Shown here in pieces: positions 27,937 to 38,921 of a stretch of 64,000 nucleotides of DNA. The position numbers and the translations under genes were made by a program. Every line of letters starts with the position of its first letter. Position 1 is the first letter of the stretch. The notes under the pieces were generated by a model. That model ran no database searches, had not been told where the DNA came from, and saw nothing but the letters and a program-made list of their open reading frames with translations. Source of the stretch: an uncultured Nitrospiraceae bacterium (GTDB lineage: Bacteria > Nitrospirota > Nitrospiria > Nitrospirales > Nitrospiraceae); NCBI GenBank assembly GCA_963846575.1, contig CAWJWJ010000001.1, forward strand, positions 1,152,001 through 1,216,000, given 5' to 3'.

Positions 27937-29504
27937 CGGGCTGCTGCCTGTTTAGAAACGGAGTTGGACAATGTCGATCCAATCGGGCCGGTCTGGCCCT
28001 GGTCCTTCAGCGGCAAGGCCGGGGAGTCCACCGCCACGACCGGAGTTTTTGGCGTGGCGAGGAGATGCGTCACACTCACGTGCATGCGGGACAGGAGGGG
28101 GTTCGGGAAAATCCCGATCACGAAGACCAGCACGATCAACGGGACGAGCGTGACAATCTCCCTGCCATTGAGGTCCAGCAGACGCGCACGAAAGTGCGGC
28201 GAGGGCACGCCGAAGATCATGCGTTGCGCCAGCCAGAGCATGTAGGCGGCTGCCAGGATGATCCCCAGGGCGGCCAGGGCTGTCGCGCCTTTGCTCCAGA
28301 GAAACGTGCCGGCCAGGACCAGGAACTCACCGACGAAGCTATTGGTGCCCGGGAGCCCTAGGGAGGACAGGGTGAAAATCATGAAAAAGAGCGCATAGCG
28401 GGGCATCGGCCCTACCAATCCGGCATTGTCGAGGATCTGCCGGCTGTGGGTCCGTTCGTACAGGATTCCCACGCAGAGAAAGAGTCCGCCGGTTGTGATC
28501 CCGTGATTGACCATTTGCATGACCGCTCCTTCGATCCCCTGAATATTGAGGACGAAGATGCCCAGCGTGACGAACCCCATATGGCTGACGCTGGAGTAGG
28601 CGATGAGTTTCTTGAGGTCGGTCTGCGCCAGCGCCATGTAGGCCCCGTAGATGATGGCCACGATCGACAACGCGATCATTGCGGGGGTGAACGTGGCGGT
28701 GGCGTCCGGGAGCATCGGCAAGGTGAAGCGGAGGAAGCCGTAGGTGCCCATCTTCAGCAGTACGCTCGCCAGAATGACGCTGCCTGCCGTCGGAGCTTCG
28801 ACGTGCGCGTCCGGAAGCCAGGTATGGAAGGGGAACATCGGGACCTTCACCGCGAACGCGGCGAAAAATGCGAGAAACAACAACGTTTGCAGCGATGCGC
28901 CGTAAGTCCCGCGGCTCAGCGCGATGATGTCAAAGGTTTGTCCGCCGTGAAAGTAGAGGGCCAGAATCGCGACCAGGAGCAACAGGCTGCCGGCCAGGGT
29001 ATAGAGAAAAAATTTGATCGCGGCGTACAGTCGGTTAGGTCCTCCCCAGACGCCGATGAGCAGATACATCGGGATCAGCATGGCTTCCCAGAATACGTAA
29101 AACAGCACAAAGTCCAGCGCGACAAACACGCCCAGCATCGCCGTTTCCATGACCAGCAACATGGCCATGAATTGCTGGACGCGTGCCTCGATCGAGGTCC
29201 AGGAAACCAGCACGCAAAATGGCATGAGCAAGGTGGTCAGCAACAGGAGCGGGAAACTGATGCCGTCAAGGCCGAGGCTGTACTGGATCGGGGGGGAGGT
29301 AATCCACGTGGCCCGCTCCACGAACTGCATCTCCGCCGTGGACGGATCGAAGAGCCACCAGAGCGGGAGCGAGCAGAGGAAATCAGCCACGGTCACGCCG
29401 AGCGCCAGCCAGCGGGCCGATTCAGACTTGATCAGCAGGCAGAGCACGGCCCCGATCAGCGGCAGAAAAACGATCAGGGTGAGCCAGGGGAATGAATGAG
29501 TCAT
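27933..29504 (-). CDS. nuoM: NADH-quinone oxidoreductase subunit M
   Basis: FYVFWE, KVPMFPFHTWLPDAHVEAP, KKLIAYSSVSHMG. Confidence 0.97.
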   Translation of the reverse strand: MTHSFPWLTLIVFLPLIGAVLCLLIKSESARWLALGVTVADFLCSLPLWWLFDPSTAEMQFVERATWITSPPIQYSLGLDGISFPLLLLTTLLMPFCVLVSWTSIEARVQQFMAMLLVMETAMLGVFVALDFVLFYVFWEAMLIPMYLLIGVWGGPNRLYAAIKFFLYTLAGSLLLLVAILALYFHGGQTFDIIALSRGTYGASLQTLLFLAFFAAFAVKVPMFPFHTWLPDAHVEAPTAGSVILASVLLKMGTYGFLRFTLPMLPDATATFTPAMIALSIVAIIYGAYMALAQTDLKKLIAYSSVSHMGFVTLGIFVLNIQGIEGAVMQMVNHGITTGGLFLCVGILYERTHSRQILDNAGLVGPMPRYALFFMIFTLSSLGLPGTNSFVGEFLVLAGTFLWSKGATALAALGIILAAAYMLWLAQRMIFGVPSPHFRARLLDLNGREIVTLVPLIVLVFVIGIFPNPLLSRMHVSVTHLLATPKTPVVAVDSPALPLKDQGQTGPIGSTLSNSVSKQAAAR

Positions 29505-29598
29505 GAATGTGTACACAAGAGCCGATGGCGACGGACGCAGGAGATGGAGGCTATTCCTGATGACCGAGGACCACAGACCATTGATACCCTTTCCCCAT

Positions 29599-31497
29599 CT
29601 AGAAGAGCAGATACACCGTGAGAATGACGACAGCCCCCAGCGTCATGCCGAGTGCGTAATGTTGCGTTTGCCCGCTTTGCGTCAGACGAACGAGCCAGCC
29701 TCCCCAGGCAATGGCGCGTGCCACTCCGTTGACGGCGCCGTCGATGACCGAGACATCGACATGTTTCCACAGACCGTTCGCCGCCGAGATGGTCGGACGG
29801 ACAAATGAGCGGTCATAGGCTTCATCGACATACCACTTGTTGAGCGACAGCTCATAGGCCGTGCGCCACTGCCGCGCGAGCCGGTCCGGCAAGCCGGGAT
29901 TCAGGACATACAGATAGTAGGCTGCGCCGATTCCTGTGAATCCCATCAAGGTCGCGACTGCCATAATCGCAGAGGCTGCCGGGCTCTCATGCGGCGCGGA
30001 TCCTGTCCCGCCGTGGAAGACCGGCTCCAGAAACGCGGGGATGCCCAGATATCCGGCGACAATGCTGAGGACCGCCAGGATCATGAGCGGAACGGTCATC
30101 GTCGTGGAGGGTTCGTGGACGTGCCCGGCATGATGGGGATCGACATGGGACGGACCCCAGAAGGTCACGAACACCAGCCGGAAACTGTAGAAGGCCGTGA
30201 GTCCTGCCGTCAGCAGTCCGCACACCGTCAGGACCTCTCCTAACGGACCGGCCGACCAGGAGGAGATCAGGAGATCGTCCTTGCTGAAAAAGCCCGCCGT
30301 AAGGGGGAAACCTGCCAGCGCGAGGGACCCGACGAGAAACGTCCAGTAGGTGATCGGAAGTTTGTCCTTCAGGCCGCCCATGTGACGCATATCCTGCTCA
30401 TGGTGCAACGCGATGATGACGGATCCGCATCCCAGGAACAGTAGCGCCTTGAATGCGCCATGCGTCAGCAGGTGGTACATGCCGGCGCCGTACGCTCCCA
30501 GCCCGCAGGCCATCACCATGTAGCCCAGTTGGCTCATGGTCGAATAGGCCACGACGCGTTTGATATCGGTTTGGGTCAGGGCGATGGTCGCGCCGAGTAA
30601 CATGGTGAGGCCGCCCACCAGGGCGACCACGGTCATGGCCGCCGGCGACAGGTTATAGAGCGGCGCGAATCGCGCGACCATGAAGACGCCGGCCGTGACC
30701 ATCGTGGCGGCATGGATCAACGCGGAGATCGGCGTGGGTCCCTCCATGGCGTCGGGAAGCCAGACATGGAGGGGTACCTGCGCCGATTTGCCGATCGCGC
30801 CGATGAAGAGCAGGAGGCAGATCAGGGTCATCACTGAGACATCCCAGGTTCCACCGAACGGCGCCAGCATGTTCAGCGATTGCTGGGCCAGATCCGGAGC
30901 CTTCGCGAAGATGGGTGCGTAGTCGAGCGTGCCGAAGGAGTACCAGACGAGGAACAGGCCGAGGATGAAGCCGAAGTCTCCGACGCGATTGACCAGGAAG
31001 GCTTTCGTTGCCGCGGCGCAGGCGCTGGGCCGCTCATACCAATGCCCGATCAGCAGATACGAACACAGTCCCACCGCTTCCCAGAATACGAACAGTTGCA
31101 GCAGGTTGTCGGCCATCACCAACATCAACATGGAGAAGGTAAAGAGGGCGATGTAGGCGAAGAAACGGGCGTACCCCGGTTCTCCCCGCATGTAGCCGAT
31201 GGTGTAGATATGCACCAGCGTACTGACCGTGGTGACGAGTACCAGCATGACGGCGGTGAGGCGATCGATGGAGATCGCGATGTGAATATCCAGGTTGCCC
31301 GAGGTCAACCAGGTATAGAGGGGCACGTTGATCAGATGACCGGTGGCCACGTCATAGAGCGCGAGGAGCGACAGTACGAAGGAGCCGACCATGGCCGGGA
31401 CCGCCACCAGGTGGGCACGGTCCTTGATCCATTGTCCGCCGATGCCGACGATGAGGAAGGCGAACAAGGGGAGAAATGGAATCAGCGCGTAGAGCAT
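29599..31497 (-). CDS. nuoL: NADH-quinone oxidoreductase subunit L
   Basis: GKSAQVPLHVWLPDAMEGPTPISALIHAATMV, THGAFKALLFL. Confidence 0.97.
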   Translation of the reverse strand: MLYALIPFLPLFAFLIVGIGGQWIKDRAHLVAVPAMVGSFVLSLLALYDVATGHLINVPLYTWLTSGNLDIHIAISIDRLTAVMLVLVTTVSTLVHIYTIGYMRGEPGYARFFAYIALFTFSMLMLVMADNLLQLFVFWEAVGLCSYLLIGHWYERPSACAAATKAFLVNRVGDFGFILGLFLVWYSFGTLDYAPIFAKAPDLAQQSLNMLAPFGGTWDVSVMTLICLLLFIGAIGKSAQVPLHVWLPDAMEGPTPISALIHAATMVTAGVFMVARFAPLYNLSPAAMTVVALVGGLTMLLGATIALTQTDIKRVVAYSTMSQLGYMVMACGLGAYGAGMYHLLTHGAFKALLFLGCGSVIIALHHEQDMRHMGGLKDKLPITYWTFLVGSLALAGFPLTAGFFSKDDLLISSWSAGPLGEVLTVCGLLTAGLTAFYSFRLVFVTFWGPSHVDPHHAGHVHEPSTTMTVPLMILAVLSIVAGYLGIPAFLEPVFHGGTGSAPHESPAASAIMAVATLMGFTGIGAAYYLYVLNPGLPDRLARQWRTAYELSLNKWYVDEAYDRSFVRPTISAANGLWKHVDVSVIDGAVNGVARAIAWGGWLVRLTQSGQTQHYALGMTLGAVVILTVYLLF

Positions 31498-31512
31498 TTC
31501 AATACAGTCCGG

Positions 31513-31818
31513 CTATCGTTTCAGCAGGTTCAGGTCGTCGACATAAATGGACGAATTCGCGCGGTGAAGGGCGATGATGATCGCCAGACCGACCGCGACC
31601 TCAGCGGCTGCCACGGTCAGGGCAAAAAAGACAAACACCTGTCCCGCGACCTGGTGAAAGTGTTCAGAGAATGCCACAAAGTTGATATTCGTGGCATTCA
31701 ACATCAGTTCGACCGACAGCAGAATCGCGATGATGTTGCGTCGGATCAAGACCCCCACCACGCCGGTGAGAAAGACGAATCCGCTCAAGATCAAATAGTA
31801 GGATAGGGGGACAGCCAT
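31513..31818 (-). CDS. nuoK: NADH-quinone oxidoreductase subunit K
   Basis: ELMLNA, GQVF, AAAEVAVGLA. Confidence 0.97.
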   Translation of the reverse strand: MAVPLSYYLILSGFVFLTGVVGVLIRRNIIAILLSVELMLNATNINFVAFSEHFHQVAGQVFVFFALTVAAAEVAVGLAIIIALHRANSSIYVDDLNLLKR

Positions 31819-31829
31819 GGCGTTACCGA

Positions 31830-32345
31830 TTACTCCGGGGCCCCTTCATTGAGGTCTTTTTTTGCCAGAATGATCGCCCCGATCATGGCCACCAGTAGAA
31901 TCAGGGATGCGACCTCGAATGGAAACAAATAGGTGGAATAGAGAGCCTCGCCTATGGTTTCGGTATTGCCGGCGTCCGCTACCGCCGCTGCGGGGAGGGC
32001 GGGTGAAGCGGTCGCGGTTCGAGAGCGAATGAGGAGCAGAATCACTTCGGTGCACAACATAACCCCGAGCAGACCGGCCAGTGGAAGTTGGTTGTGATAC
32101 CGTTCTTCGGCTTTCACATTCAGCAGCATGACCACGAACAAATAGAGGACCAGGATGGCGCCGGCGTAGACGACGATCTGGACCGCCGCCAAAAACTCCG
32201 CATGCAGCGTGACATAGAGTCCCGCCACATGAAAAAACATGATCAAGAGAGCCAGCACGCTGTACACGGGATTGCGCAGGGCCACCACCAGGAGGGAGGT
32301 CACTGCAATCACGCCGGCGAAATAAAAGAAAAAGATCTGGTCCAT
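31830..32345 (-). CDS. nuoJ: NADH-quinone oxidoreductase subunit J
   Basis: AEFLAAVQIVVYAGAILVLYLFVVM, PFEVAS. Confidence 0.97.
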   Translation of the reverse strand: MDQIFFFYFAGVIAVTSLLVVALRNPVYSVLALLIMFFHVAGLYVTLHAEFLAAVQIVVYAGAILVLYLFVVMLLNVKAEERYHNQLPLAGLLGVMLCTEVILLLIRSRTATASPALPAAAVADAGNTETIGEALYSTYLFPFEVASLILLVAMIGAIILAKKDLNEGAPE

Positions 32346-32474
32346 GCTTGCGTCGAGTCTTCCGAATCAGGTCGAACCTTCGTGTACCGTACTGTCCCGC
32401 CCGCTGTCTGACGACAGACTGCGCCGCCTCGCTCGTCCCGGTGTGGAGGCCATCACGGAGACGAGGCGGGCAAT

Positions 32475-33050
32475 TTAGGTCTCCTTTGGCGGGAGATTCT
32501 TAAATGCGACGTTGAAAAACGCTACGTTCGGATGCTGCAGCTCAAGGCGTTTTTCCCGAACGGGGTAGGAACGATCCCCGATGGCGAGCAACTGTTGCTT
32601 GTTGAGATGGAGCTGACGCTTGTCGTACACGGCCCATTCAAACTCGCGTGTCATTCCCAGGGCATCCACGGGACAGGCATCGACGCAGAGTCCGCAAAAC
32701 AGACAGCGCGTCATGTCCATATAATATTCTTTGGAATACCGTTTGGTCGGTTCTCCCGGCACCTCATCGCTGACAACCCGGATCACGCGCGAGGGACAGG
32801 CCGCTTCGCAGAGATCGCAGCCGACGCATTTCTCCGTCCCATCGTCATATCGCAGCAGCGCCAGCATGCCCCGGTAGTTATCCGGAAGGATGCGTTTTTC
32901 GTGCGGATACTGGATGGTGATCGGTTTGTAGTTGAGCAGGTGGGTGAGGGTGGCCTTCATGCCCACGAGCAGTTCATAAAAGGTCAGAGTCTTCACCCAG
33001 TCGCTGAGTGAGGATTTTCGTTTGGGCTGTGCTGAAATGCCGACGCTCAT
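32475..33050 (-). CDS. nuoI: NADH-quinone oxidoreductase subunit I
   Basis: Two CxxCxxCxxxCP ferredoxin motifs; operon position. Confidence 0.97.
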   Translation of the reverse strand: MSVGISAQPKRKSSLSDWVKTLTFYELLVGMKATLTHLLNYKPITIQYPHEKRILPDNYRGMLALLRYDDGTEKCVGCDLCEAACPSRVIRVVSDEVPGEPTKRYSKEYYMDMTRCLFCGLCVDACPVDALGMTREFEWAVYDKRQLHLNKQQLLAIGDRSYPVREKRLELQHPNVAFFNVAFKNLPPKET

Positions 33051-33059
33051 GCCACTCCG

Positions 33060-34127
33060 TTACCGCGGGAATAAATAGGCGGCGATCCCGGTGAGAACGA
33101 TGTTGCCCAAGGCGATGGGGAGCATCACTTTCCATCCGAACCGCATCAGCTGGTCATACCGCAAGCGGGGCAGCGTGGCCCGTAACCAGAAGAACAGAAA
33201 CAGGAAGCAATACACTTTAACGGCAAACCAGACGACATTTTCCATCCAGGCGATGTTCTCCAGGCCGATGTACTGGAGGATGGTGCCGGGGTACGGTGCG
33301 TTCCATCCGCCGAGGAACAATGCGGCCGCGACACAGGACACCAGGATCATGTTGGCGTATTCCGCGATGAAGAAGAACGCGAAACGCATGCCGCTATATT
33401 CCGTAAAGAAACCCGCCACGAGTTCGCTTTCCGCTTCGGGCAGGTCGAACGGAACGCGGTTGGTTTCGGCCACCGCTGAGATCACGTAGACCACGAAGGC
33501 GAAAATCTGAGGAAACGGCATGGCGAGAATGAACCAGTTCCAAAACCCCCCGGCTTGGGCCTCCGTGATCTTCACCAGGCTGAGCGAACCGGAGAGCAGA
33601 ATCACACCCACGATGGCGAGTCCGACGTTCAACTCGTAGCTGATGACCTGCGCGGCGGAGCGGAGTCCGCCGAGGAGGGAGTATTTGCTGTTGGATGCCC
33701 AGCCGCCCAGGATGATCCCATAGGCGCCGATCGAAGCGAAGGCCAGGATGTAGAGGATACCGATGTTGATGTCGCTGATCACGAACGGCTTGATCTGCAT
33801 GCCGAATAGTTCAATGGTCATGCTTGGGCCGAAGGGAATCACCGCAAAGCCGATCATCGCGGGCACCAGCGCCAGGATCGGTGCGAGGGTGAAGAGGAAC
33901 CGGTTGGCTCCCGCCGGGATGATGTCCTCTTTGAAGAACAGTTTCAGACCGTCGGCGATCGGTTGCAGGACACCGTAGGGACCGACTTCCATCGGGCCCA
34001 TGCGATCCTGCATCCAGCCCAGGACCTTCCGCTCGGCGAGGGTCAGGACCATCACGGTCAGCATGACGACTCCCATCACCGCCGCGATTTGAGCCAATGA
34101 CACCGCCAGTCGCAATCCGATTTCCAT
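33060..34127 (-). CDS. nuoH: NADH-quinone oxidoreductase subunit H
   Basis: ERKVLGWMQDRMGP, AETNRVPFDLPEAESEL, PRLRYDQLM. Confidence 0.97.
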   Translation of the reverse strand: MEIGLRLAVSLAQIAAVMGVVMLTVMVLTLAERKVLGWMQDRMGPMEVGPYGVLQPIADGLKLFFKEDIIPAGANRFLFTLAPILALVPAMIGFAVIPFGPSMTIELFGMQIKPFVISDINIGILYILAFASIGAYGIILGGWASNSKYSLLGGLRSAAQVISYELNVGLAIVGVILLSGSLSLVKITEAQAGGFWNWFILAMPFPQIFAFVVYVISAVAETNRVPFDLPEAESELVAGFFTEYSGMRFAFFFIAEYANMILVSCVAAALFLGGWNAPYPGTILQYIGLENIAWMENVVWFAVKVYCFLFLFFWLRATLPRLRYDQLMRFGWKVMLPIALGNIVLTGIAAYLFPR

Positions 34128-34150
34128 AACGACAATACTCCTCGTTCCGT

Positions 34151-36820
34151 CTACGAGACCTTCGCGAGAGACACGCGCGCGAGCTTAAAATAGGGGATTT
34201 GAGTCTGTGGATCAATCATCCAGTCGGCGAGCTGTTTCGCCTCGCCGTCAAAATGCTCGGGAAACCAGACCAGGCCCACCGGAACACGTTCACGGAGCTT
34301 CACCTTCGTCGTCACGGCGGCGCGGGCGTTTGATATCTTCACCTGCTCCCCGTCAGTCAGCCCGAGCCTGGTGGCATCCTCCGGATTGATGGAGAGCAAT
34401 CCCTCATCCTGCAGTTGGATGAGGCCCTTGGAGCGGGTGGAATATTTCCCCGAGTGAAACAGCGTTTGAACGAACATCAGGGTGAATTGGTCATCCGCTG
34501 CCGGACTTGCTGTCGCGACGGCATATCGAGCCGGGAGATCGGCAGCGAAGCCCTCGGTCAGATAGCCTGTTAATACCGCGGAGTCCACCTTGGGTGTGGT
34601 CGGCGTGGGCCCCAGGAGACCATAACCGGGGATGACGCTCCGGATCTCCTTCAGGATCTCCCGGGCATCTCCATATTCGATTGGCGACCCCATGAGCACT
34701 GACAGGGCCGAAAACATTTCCCAATCAGGCCGGCTGTCGCCCACCGGATCAATTGCCTGGCGTACGGCCTGCACGTGGCCTTCCGAATTCGTGAAGGTGC
34801 CGTTTTTTTCCATGTAGGAACAAGCCGGCAGCACCACATGGGCCATCGCCGCGGTTTCCGTGAGAAATAATTCCTGGCAGACCAACAGGTCCAGCTTCGC
34901 CAGAGCTTCCGGGGCTTGAGCCTGGGGCGGTAAAGTGCCGACCGGGTTTTCTCCGACGACGAACAATGCCTTCAGGGTGCCTGTATGGGCTGCGGCCAGC
35001 ATGTCGATCAGCGAAGCGCCGGGGCTGCGAGGCAATTCTTCCCGCCAGACCGCTGAAATGCGGTCGCGGCCAGCCTGATCATTCAGCGGGGCGGGACCGG
35101 GAAAAAATTCGGCCACGGCGCCCATTTCGACCGCGCCTTGATCGTTGTTCTCTTCGGCGAGCGGCCCGAGCCCGCAACCGGCCTGGTCGAGTTTGCCGAG
35201 CAGGATCAGGAGGTCCAGGAGATTCATCACCGTGGCCTGTGCCCCAGGCTGGCGCAGCACCCCGTTGCCCACCAGGATGACCACGCGTTTTGCGGCGGCC
35301 AGGGTCTTCGCGGTCTCGTTCCATTGAGCACGCGTATGGCCGGTGGCCGTTTCCAGGGATTCCCATGAAGTCCCCTGCATTGTAGCGGTGAGGCGCTGAA
35401 GGAATGCCGGTGCCTGCTGAGTCAGGGTGTCGTCGACCAGATTCTGTTCGATGACAGCCTTCGTGAGTCCGATGACCGTGTTTCCGAATTGCAGGGGATA
35501 GGTCGGGAAGTGCTGTGAAGCCAGGTTGGCGATGTTACTCAGGTTGTCCACGGCCGGCTGCAGCGTTTCCATGGTCACGAGCGTCGCCTGCCGTTTCTTG
35601 ACCGCTTCCTTGACCTTGAGCCCGGTGACCGGACTGGTCTCGGTGATGTTGGTGCCGACCAGTAGCAGGGCGTCCGCGGCGATGATGTCTTCGAATGCGA
35701 TGGTCCAGCGATGGGTCCCCTGAACCCGGCGCAAGGCCTGCACCGCGCTCACGTGCCCGTACCGTGCGCTGCTGTCGATCCGGTTCGTTCCGATCACCTG
35801 GCGCAGGAACTTTTGAAACACGTACAGGTCTTCGTTGGTGCAATGAGCGGTGATCAATCCGGCAAACGCGTCCGCACCGTGATTCAGTTTCAGCCTCGTG
35901 GCCTGCTCGGCCACATATTCCAGCGCATCTTCCCACGTGGCCTCGACCAGGGCTCCGTCACGGCGGAGCAAGGGGTGCGTGATGCGCGCGGCATGAGTGG
36001 AGGCGTGGAAGCCGAAGAACCCGCGGGCGCAGAGGTCGCCGTTGTTCCGGCCGGCCCCGTGCGCGGAATTGACCTCGATGAGCTGGTTTTCCTTGGTTTG
36101 GACGGTGATCCGGCAGCCGTCCCCGCAAAAGGTGCAGATGGTGTCCGCCCGCTTGAGCATCCAGGGGCGGTACTCGTACATGGACAGCCGGCTCACGATG
36201 GCACCGACGGGGCAGATCTGCACGCAGCCGCCGCAAAATTCGCAGTCGAGTTGATGGGCGGCGAAGTGTTTGATCTCGGTCATGGTGCCGCGTCCTGACG
36301 GAGCCAGCGCCTTGACGTCCATCACTTCGTCGCAGTAACGCACGCAGCGCAAACACTGCACGCAGCGGTTCATCTGCGTTTCAATGACCGGGCTGAAATA
36401 TTCTTTCTGGAAGATGCGTTTGGTTTCGATGAAGCGGCTGGTCGTCGGCGTGTATTGATGCGAGAAGTCCTGAAGGTCGCATTTCCCGCCCTGATCGCAC
36501 ACCGGACAATCCAGGGGATGGTTGGCCAGAATGAATTCCAGTACCGACTTGTGCGCATCGTCCACGACGGTCGTGGCGGTCCGCACCGACATGCCTTCAG
36601 CGACCGGAGTGCTGCAGGAGGTCTGCAGCTTCGGCATTTTCTCGATTTCGACGAGACACATCCGGCAGTTGGCGTCGGGCTTCAGCTTGGGGTGGTAGCA
36701 GAAGTGCGGAATCATCACGCCGACGCGCCTGGCCGCCTCGATGACGAGAGTGCCCTTGGGGACCGCGACGGTCGTGCCGTCGATGGTCAGGCGAACTGTT
36801 TCTTTTGTGGGATCAGGCAT
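34151..36820 (-). CDS. nuoG: NADH-quinone oxidoreductase subunit G (long, molybdopterin-oxidoreductase-like C-terminus)
   Basis: FCYHP...CRMC, NHPLDCPVCDQGGKC, CVQCLRC, CTFCGDGC. Confidence 0.95.
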   Translation of the reverse strand: MPDPTKETVRLTIDGTTVAVPKGTLVIEAARRVGVMIPHFCYHPKLKPDANCRMCLVEIEKMPKLQTSCSTPVAEGMSVRTATTVVDDAHKSVLEFILANHPLDCPVCDQGGKCDLQDFSHQYTPTTSRFIETKRIFQKEYFSPVIETQMNRCVQCLRCVRYCDEVMDVKALAPSGRGTMTEIKHFAAHQLDCEFCGGCVQICPVGAIVSRLSMYEYRPWMLKRADTICTFCGDGCRITVQTKENQLIEVNSAHGAGRNNGDLCARGFFGFHASTHAARITHPLLRRDGALVEATWEDALEYVAEQATRLKLNHGADAFAGLITAHCTNEDLYVFQKFLRQVIGTNRIDSSARYGHVSAVQALRRVQGTHRWTIAFEDIIAADALLLVGTNITETSPVTGLKVKEAVKKRQATLVTMETLQPAVDNLSNIANLASQHFPTYPLQFGNTVIGLTKAVIEQNLVDDTLTQQAPAFLQRLTATMQGTSWESLETATGHTRAQWNETAKTLAAAKRVVILVGNGVLRQPGAQATVMNLLDLLILLGKLDQAGCGLGPLAEENNDQGAVEMGAVAEFFPGPAPLNDQAGRDRISAVWREELPRSPGASLIDMLAAAHTGTLKALFVVGENPVGTLPPQAQAPEALAKLDLLVCQELFLTETAAMAHVVLPACSYMEKNGTFTNSEGHVQAVRQAIDPVGDSRPDWEMFSALSVLMGSPIEYGDAREILKEIRSVIPGYGLLGPTPTTPKVDSAVLTGYLTEGFAADLPARYAVATASPAADDQFTLMFVQTLFHSGKYSTRSKGLIQLQDEGLLSINPEDATRLGLTDGEQVKISNARAAVTTKVKLRERVPVGLVWFPEHFDGEAKQLADWMIDPQTQIPYFKLARVSLAKVS

Positions 36821-36928
36821 TCGTATCCGTCACACCTGGTTCGTGGAACGCGAGTTCTCCGGACGGGTTGAGGTTCAATTGAATGGCAATCGTCGCGCAG
36901 GGCCCTTCCGTGAAACACACCGGCGGCA

Positions 36929-38233
36929 TCAATGTCGTCCCGCCGGTTCCGGCCGTATCAGGTTCGCGGCCTCCGCGGCATGGATCAACGTGACATATTC
37001 GCGCCGCCAGTGTTTGAGGGTGCTCATGATCGGCGCGACCTCGGCGTCTCCGAATGCGCAGACTGTCCGGCCGGCGATGTTCTTACATAAGTCGGTCAGG
37101 GTTTCAAGGTCCGACATCTGCCCCCGTTTATTGACGATCCGGCGCATGGTCTGTACCAGCCAGGAACTGCCTTCCCGGCAGGGACTGCACTTGCCGCAGG
37201 ACTCGTGATAGAAAAATTCCATCAGGCGCAAGGCCGCCCAGACCATATCGGTGCCTTCCTCCATCACCGTCACACCGCCGGATCCGAGCATGGAGCCGGC
37301 CTGCGCCACCGATTCAAAGTCCAGTTTGACGTCCAAGTGATCGGGGGTCAAAAATGGTGCGGAGGCTCCGCCCGGAATGAACGCCTTGAGCGGCTTGTCC
37401 GATCGCATGCCGCCGGCCTGTTCGTAGATCAACTCTCGAAAGGTGATGCCCATCGGGACTTCGTAATTGCCGGGCCTGGCCACATGGCCGCTCACGCAGA
37501 AGACCCGGGTGCCGGTACTCTTCGGCGGCGAGCCGATCGAAGCGAACCATTCGGCGCCGCGGGTCATGATGTGCGGCAGATTGGCCAGGGTTTCGACGTT
37601 GTTGACCACGGTGGGCTTGTTGTAGAGCCCATGCGTGGCGGGAAACGGCGGCTTGGTGCGCGGAAGCCCCCGCTTGCCTTCGAGCGACTCCAGGAGGGCC
37701 GTTTCCTCGCCGCAGATATAGGCGCCGGCTCCCCGGTGCACCCAGACGTCGATGGTCCGGTCGCTTCCAAACATATTCTTGCCGATATAGCCGGCCGTCC
37801 GGGCTTCCGCAATCGCCTGTTCAAGAATCTTGGCCCCGAGCACAAATTCGCCGCGAATGTAAATGTAAGCACTGGCAGCGCCGATCGCGTAGCAGGCGAT
37901 CAGGATGCCTTCGAGCAACTGGTGCGGATCACGCTCGATCAGCTGGCGGTCCTTGAAGGTGCCCGGCTCACTTTCGTCGGCATTGCAGCAGAGATAACGC
38001 GGCCCTTGATAATCTTTGGGCAGAAAGCCCCACTTCACCCCGGTTGGAAACCCGGCGCCACCGCGTCCGCGCAATCCTGACTTCATCACCATGGCGGTCA
38101 CGTCCGCGGCGCTCACGCCCCCCAGGATCTTCCGTAAGGCCTGGTAGCCGCCTGCGCGTTCATAATCCGCCAGAGACCCGGTATAACCGGGCTGGAGCAT
38201 ATTCTTTAATAGAATGGGTTCGTAGGTCCGCAT
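36929..38233 (-). CDS. nuoF: NADH-quinone oxidoreductase subunit F
   Basis: GLRGRGGAGFPTG, NADESEPGTFKDR, GAGAYICGEE, ESCGKCSPCREG. Confidence 0.97.
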   Translation of the reverse strand: MRTYEPILLKNMLQPGYTGSLADYERAGGYQALRKILGGVSAADVTAMVMKSGLRGRGGAGFPTGVKWGFLPKDYQGPRYLCCNADESEPGTFKDRQLIERDPHQLLEGILIACYAIGAASAYIYIRGEFVLGAKILEQAIAEARTAGYIGKNMFGSDRTIDVWVHRGAGAYICGEETALLESLEGKRGLPRTKPPFPATHGLYNKPTVVNNVETLANLPHIMTRGAEWFASIGSPPKSTGTRVFCVSGHVARPGNYEVPMGITFRELIYEQAGGMRSDKPLKAFIPGGASAPFLTPDHLDVKLDFESVAQAGSMLGSGGVTVMEEGTDMVWAALRLMEFFYHESCGKCSPCREGSSWLVQTMRRIVNKRGQMSDLETLTDLCKNIAGRTVCAFGDAEVAPIMSTLKHWRREYVTLIHAAEAANLIRPEPAGRH

Positions 38234-38265
38234 GGTTCGTCAAGAAAACAGCATCCGGATGCCGC

Positions 38266-38802
38266 TTAACTTTTGGTTTGCGCTCCCGCCGGTTCAGGCC
38301 ACATAAAGGGGCCGGTTTTCAGGGATGACACGCCGGTCTGTCGCAAGTCCGCCAGGATGCGGTCGAGCCGGGCTTCCGTCAGCCGTTCATAATAGTCGTC
38401 GTTGATCTGCATCATCGGCGCGGTCCCGCAGGCAGCCAGGCACTCCACGGCGCTCAGCGTGAACAGTTTATCCCCGGTGGTCTCACCGGGTTTGATCCCG
38501 AGTTTCTGACCGATCCAGCCGATGAGGGTGTCCGAGCCGACGAGAGCGCACATCAGCGATTTGCAGACCTGAATGTGAAACTTTCCCACCGGTTTCAGAT
38601 TCAGCATCGTGTAAAACGTCGCTGTCTCATACACCTGCGGAGGGGTCAGCTTCAAGATGCCGGCAATTTCCTGCATGGCCGATTCCGTCACATAGCCCTG
38701 CTCCCGTTGCGCCAGATACAGCAAGGGCAAGAGCGCCGACCGCTTGACCGGATAGCGGCTCAATATTTCGTCAATCTCAGCCTTGTGTAGGTCCTTTAAC
38801 AT
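38266..38802 (-). CDS. nuoE: NADH-quinone oxidoreductase subunit E
   Basis: ATFYTM, CxxxxC...CLAACGTAP 2Fe-2S motif. Confidence 0.97.
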   Translation of the reverse strand: MLKDLHKAEIDEILSRYPVKRSALLPLLYLAQREQGYVTESAMQEIAGILKLTPPQVYETATFYTMLNLKPVGKFHIQVCKSLMCALVGSDTLIGWIGQKLGIKPGETTGDKLFTLSAVECLAACGTAPMMQINDDYYERLTEARLDRILADLRQTGVSSLKTGPFMWPEPAGAQTKS

Positions 38803-38921
38803 TTAACGCTTCCTTGTGCCGTCACCAGGATCAGGCGAAGCAGCCTGTCCACCCTGTGCGCGTCCGCCATGGCTTTCGAGCCGCGCGTTGTACGCGCCCA
38901 GCGAACACGCTCCCGTGCCCC

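Noticed and set aside
32423..32471. Hairpin between nuoI and nuoJ as a terminator
   Set aside because: No U-tract and it is internal to the operon; at most an mRNA-stability element.
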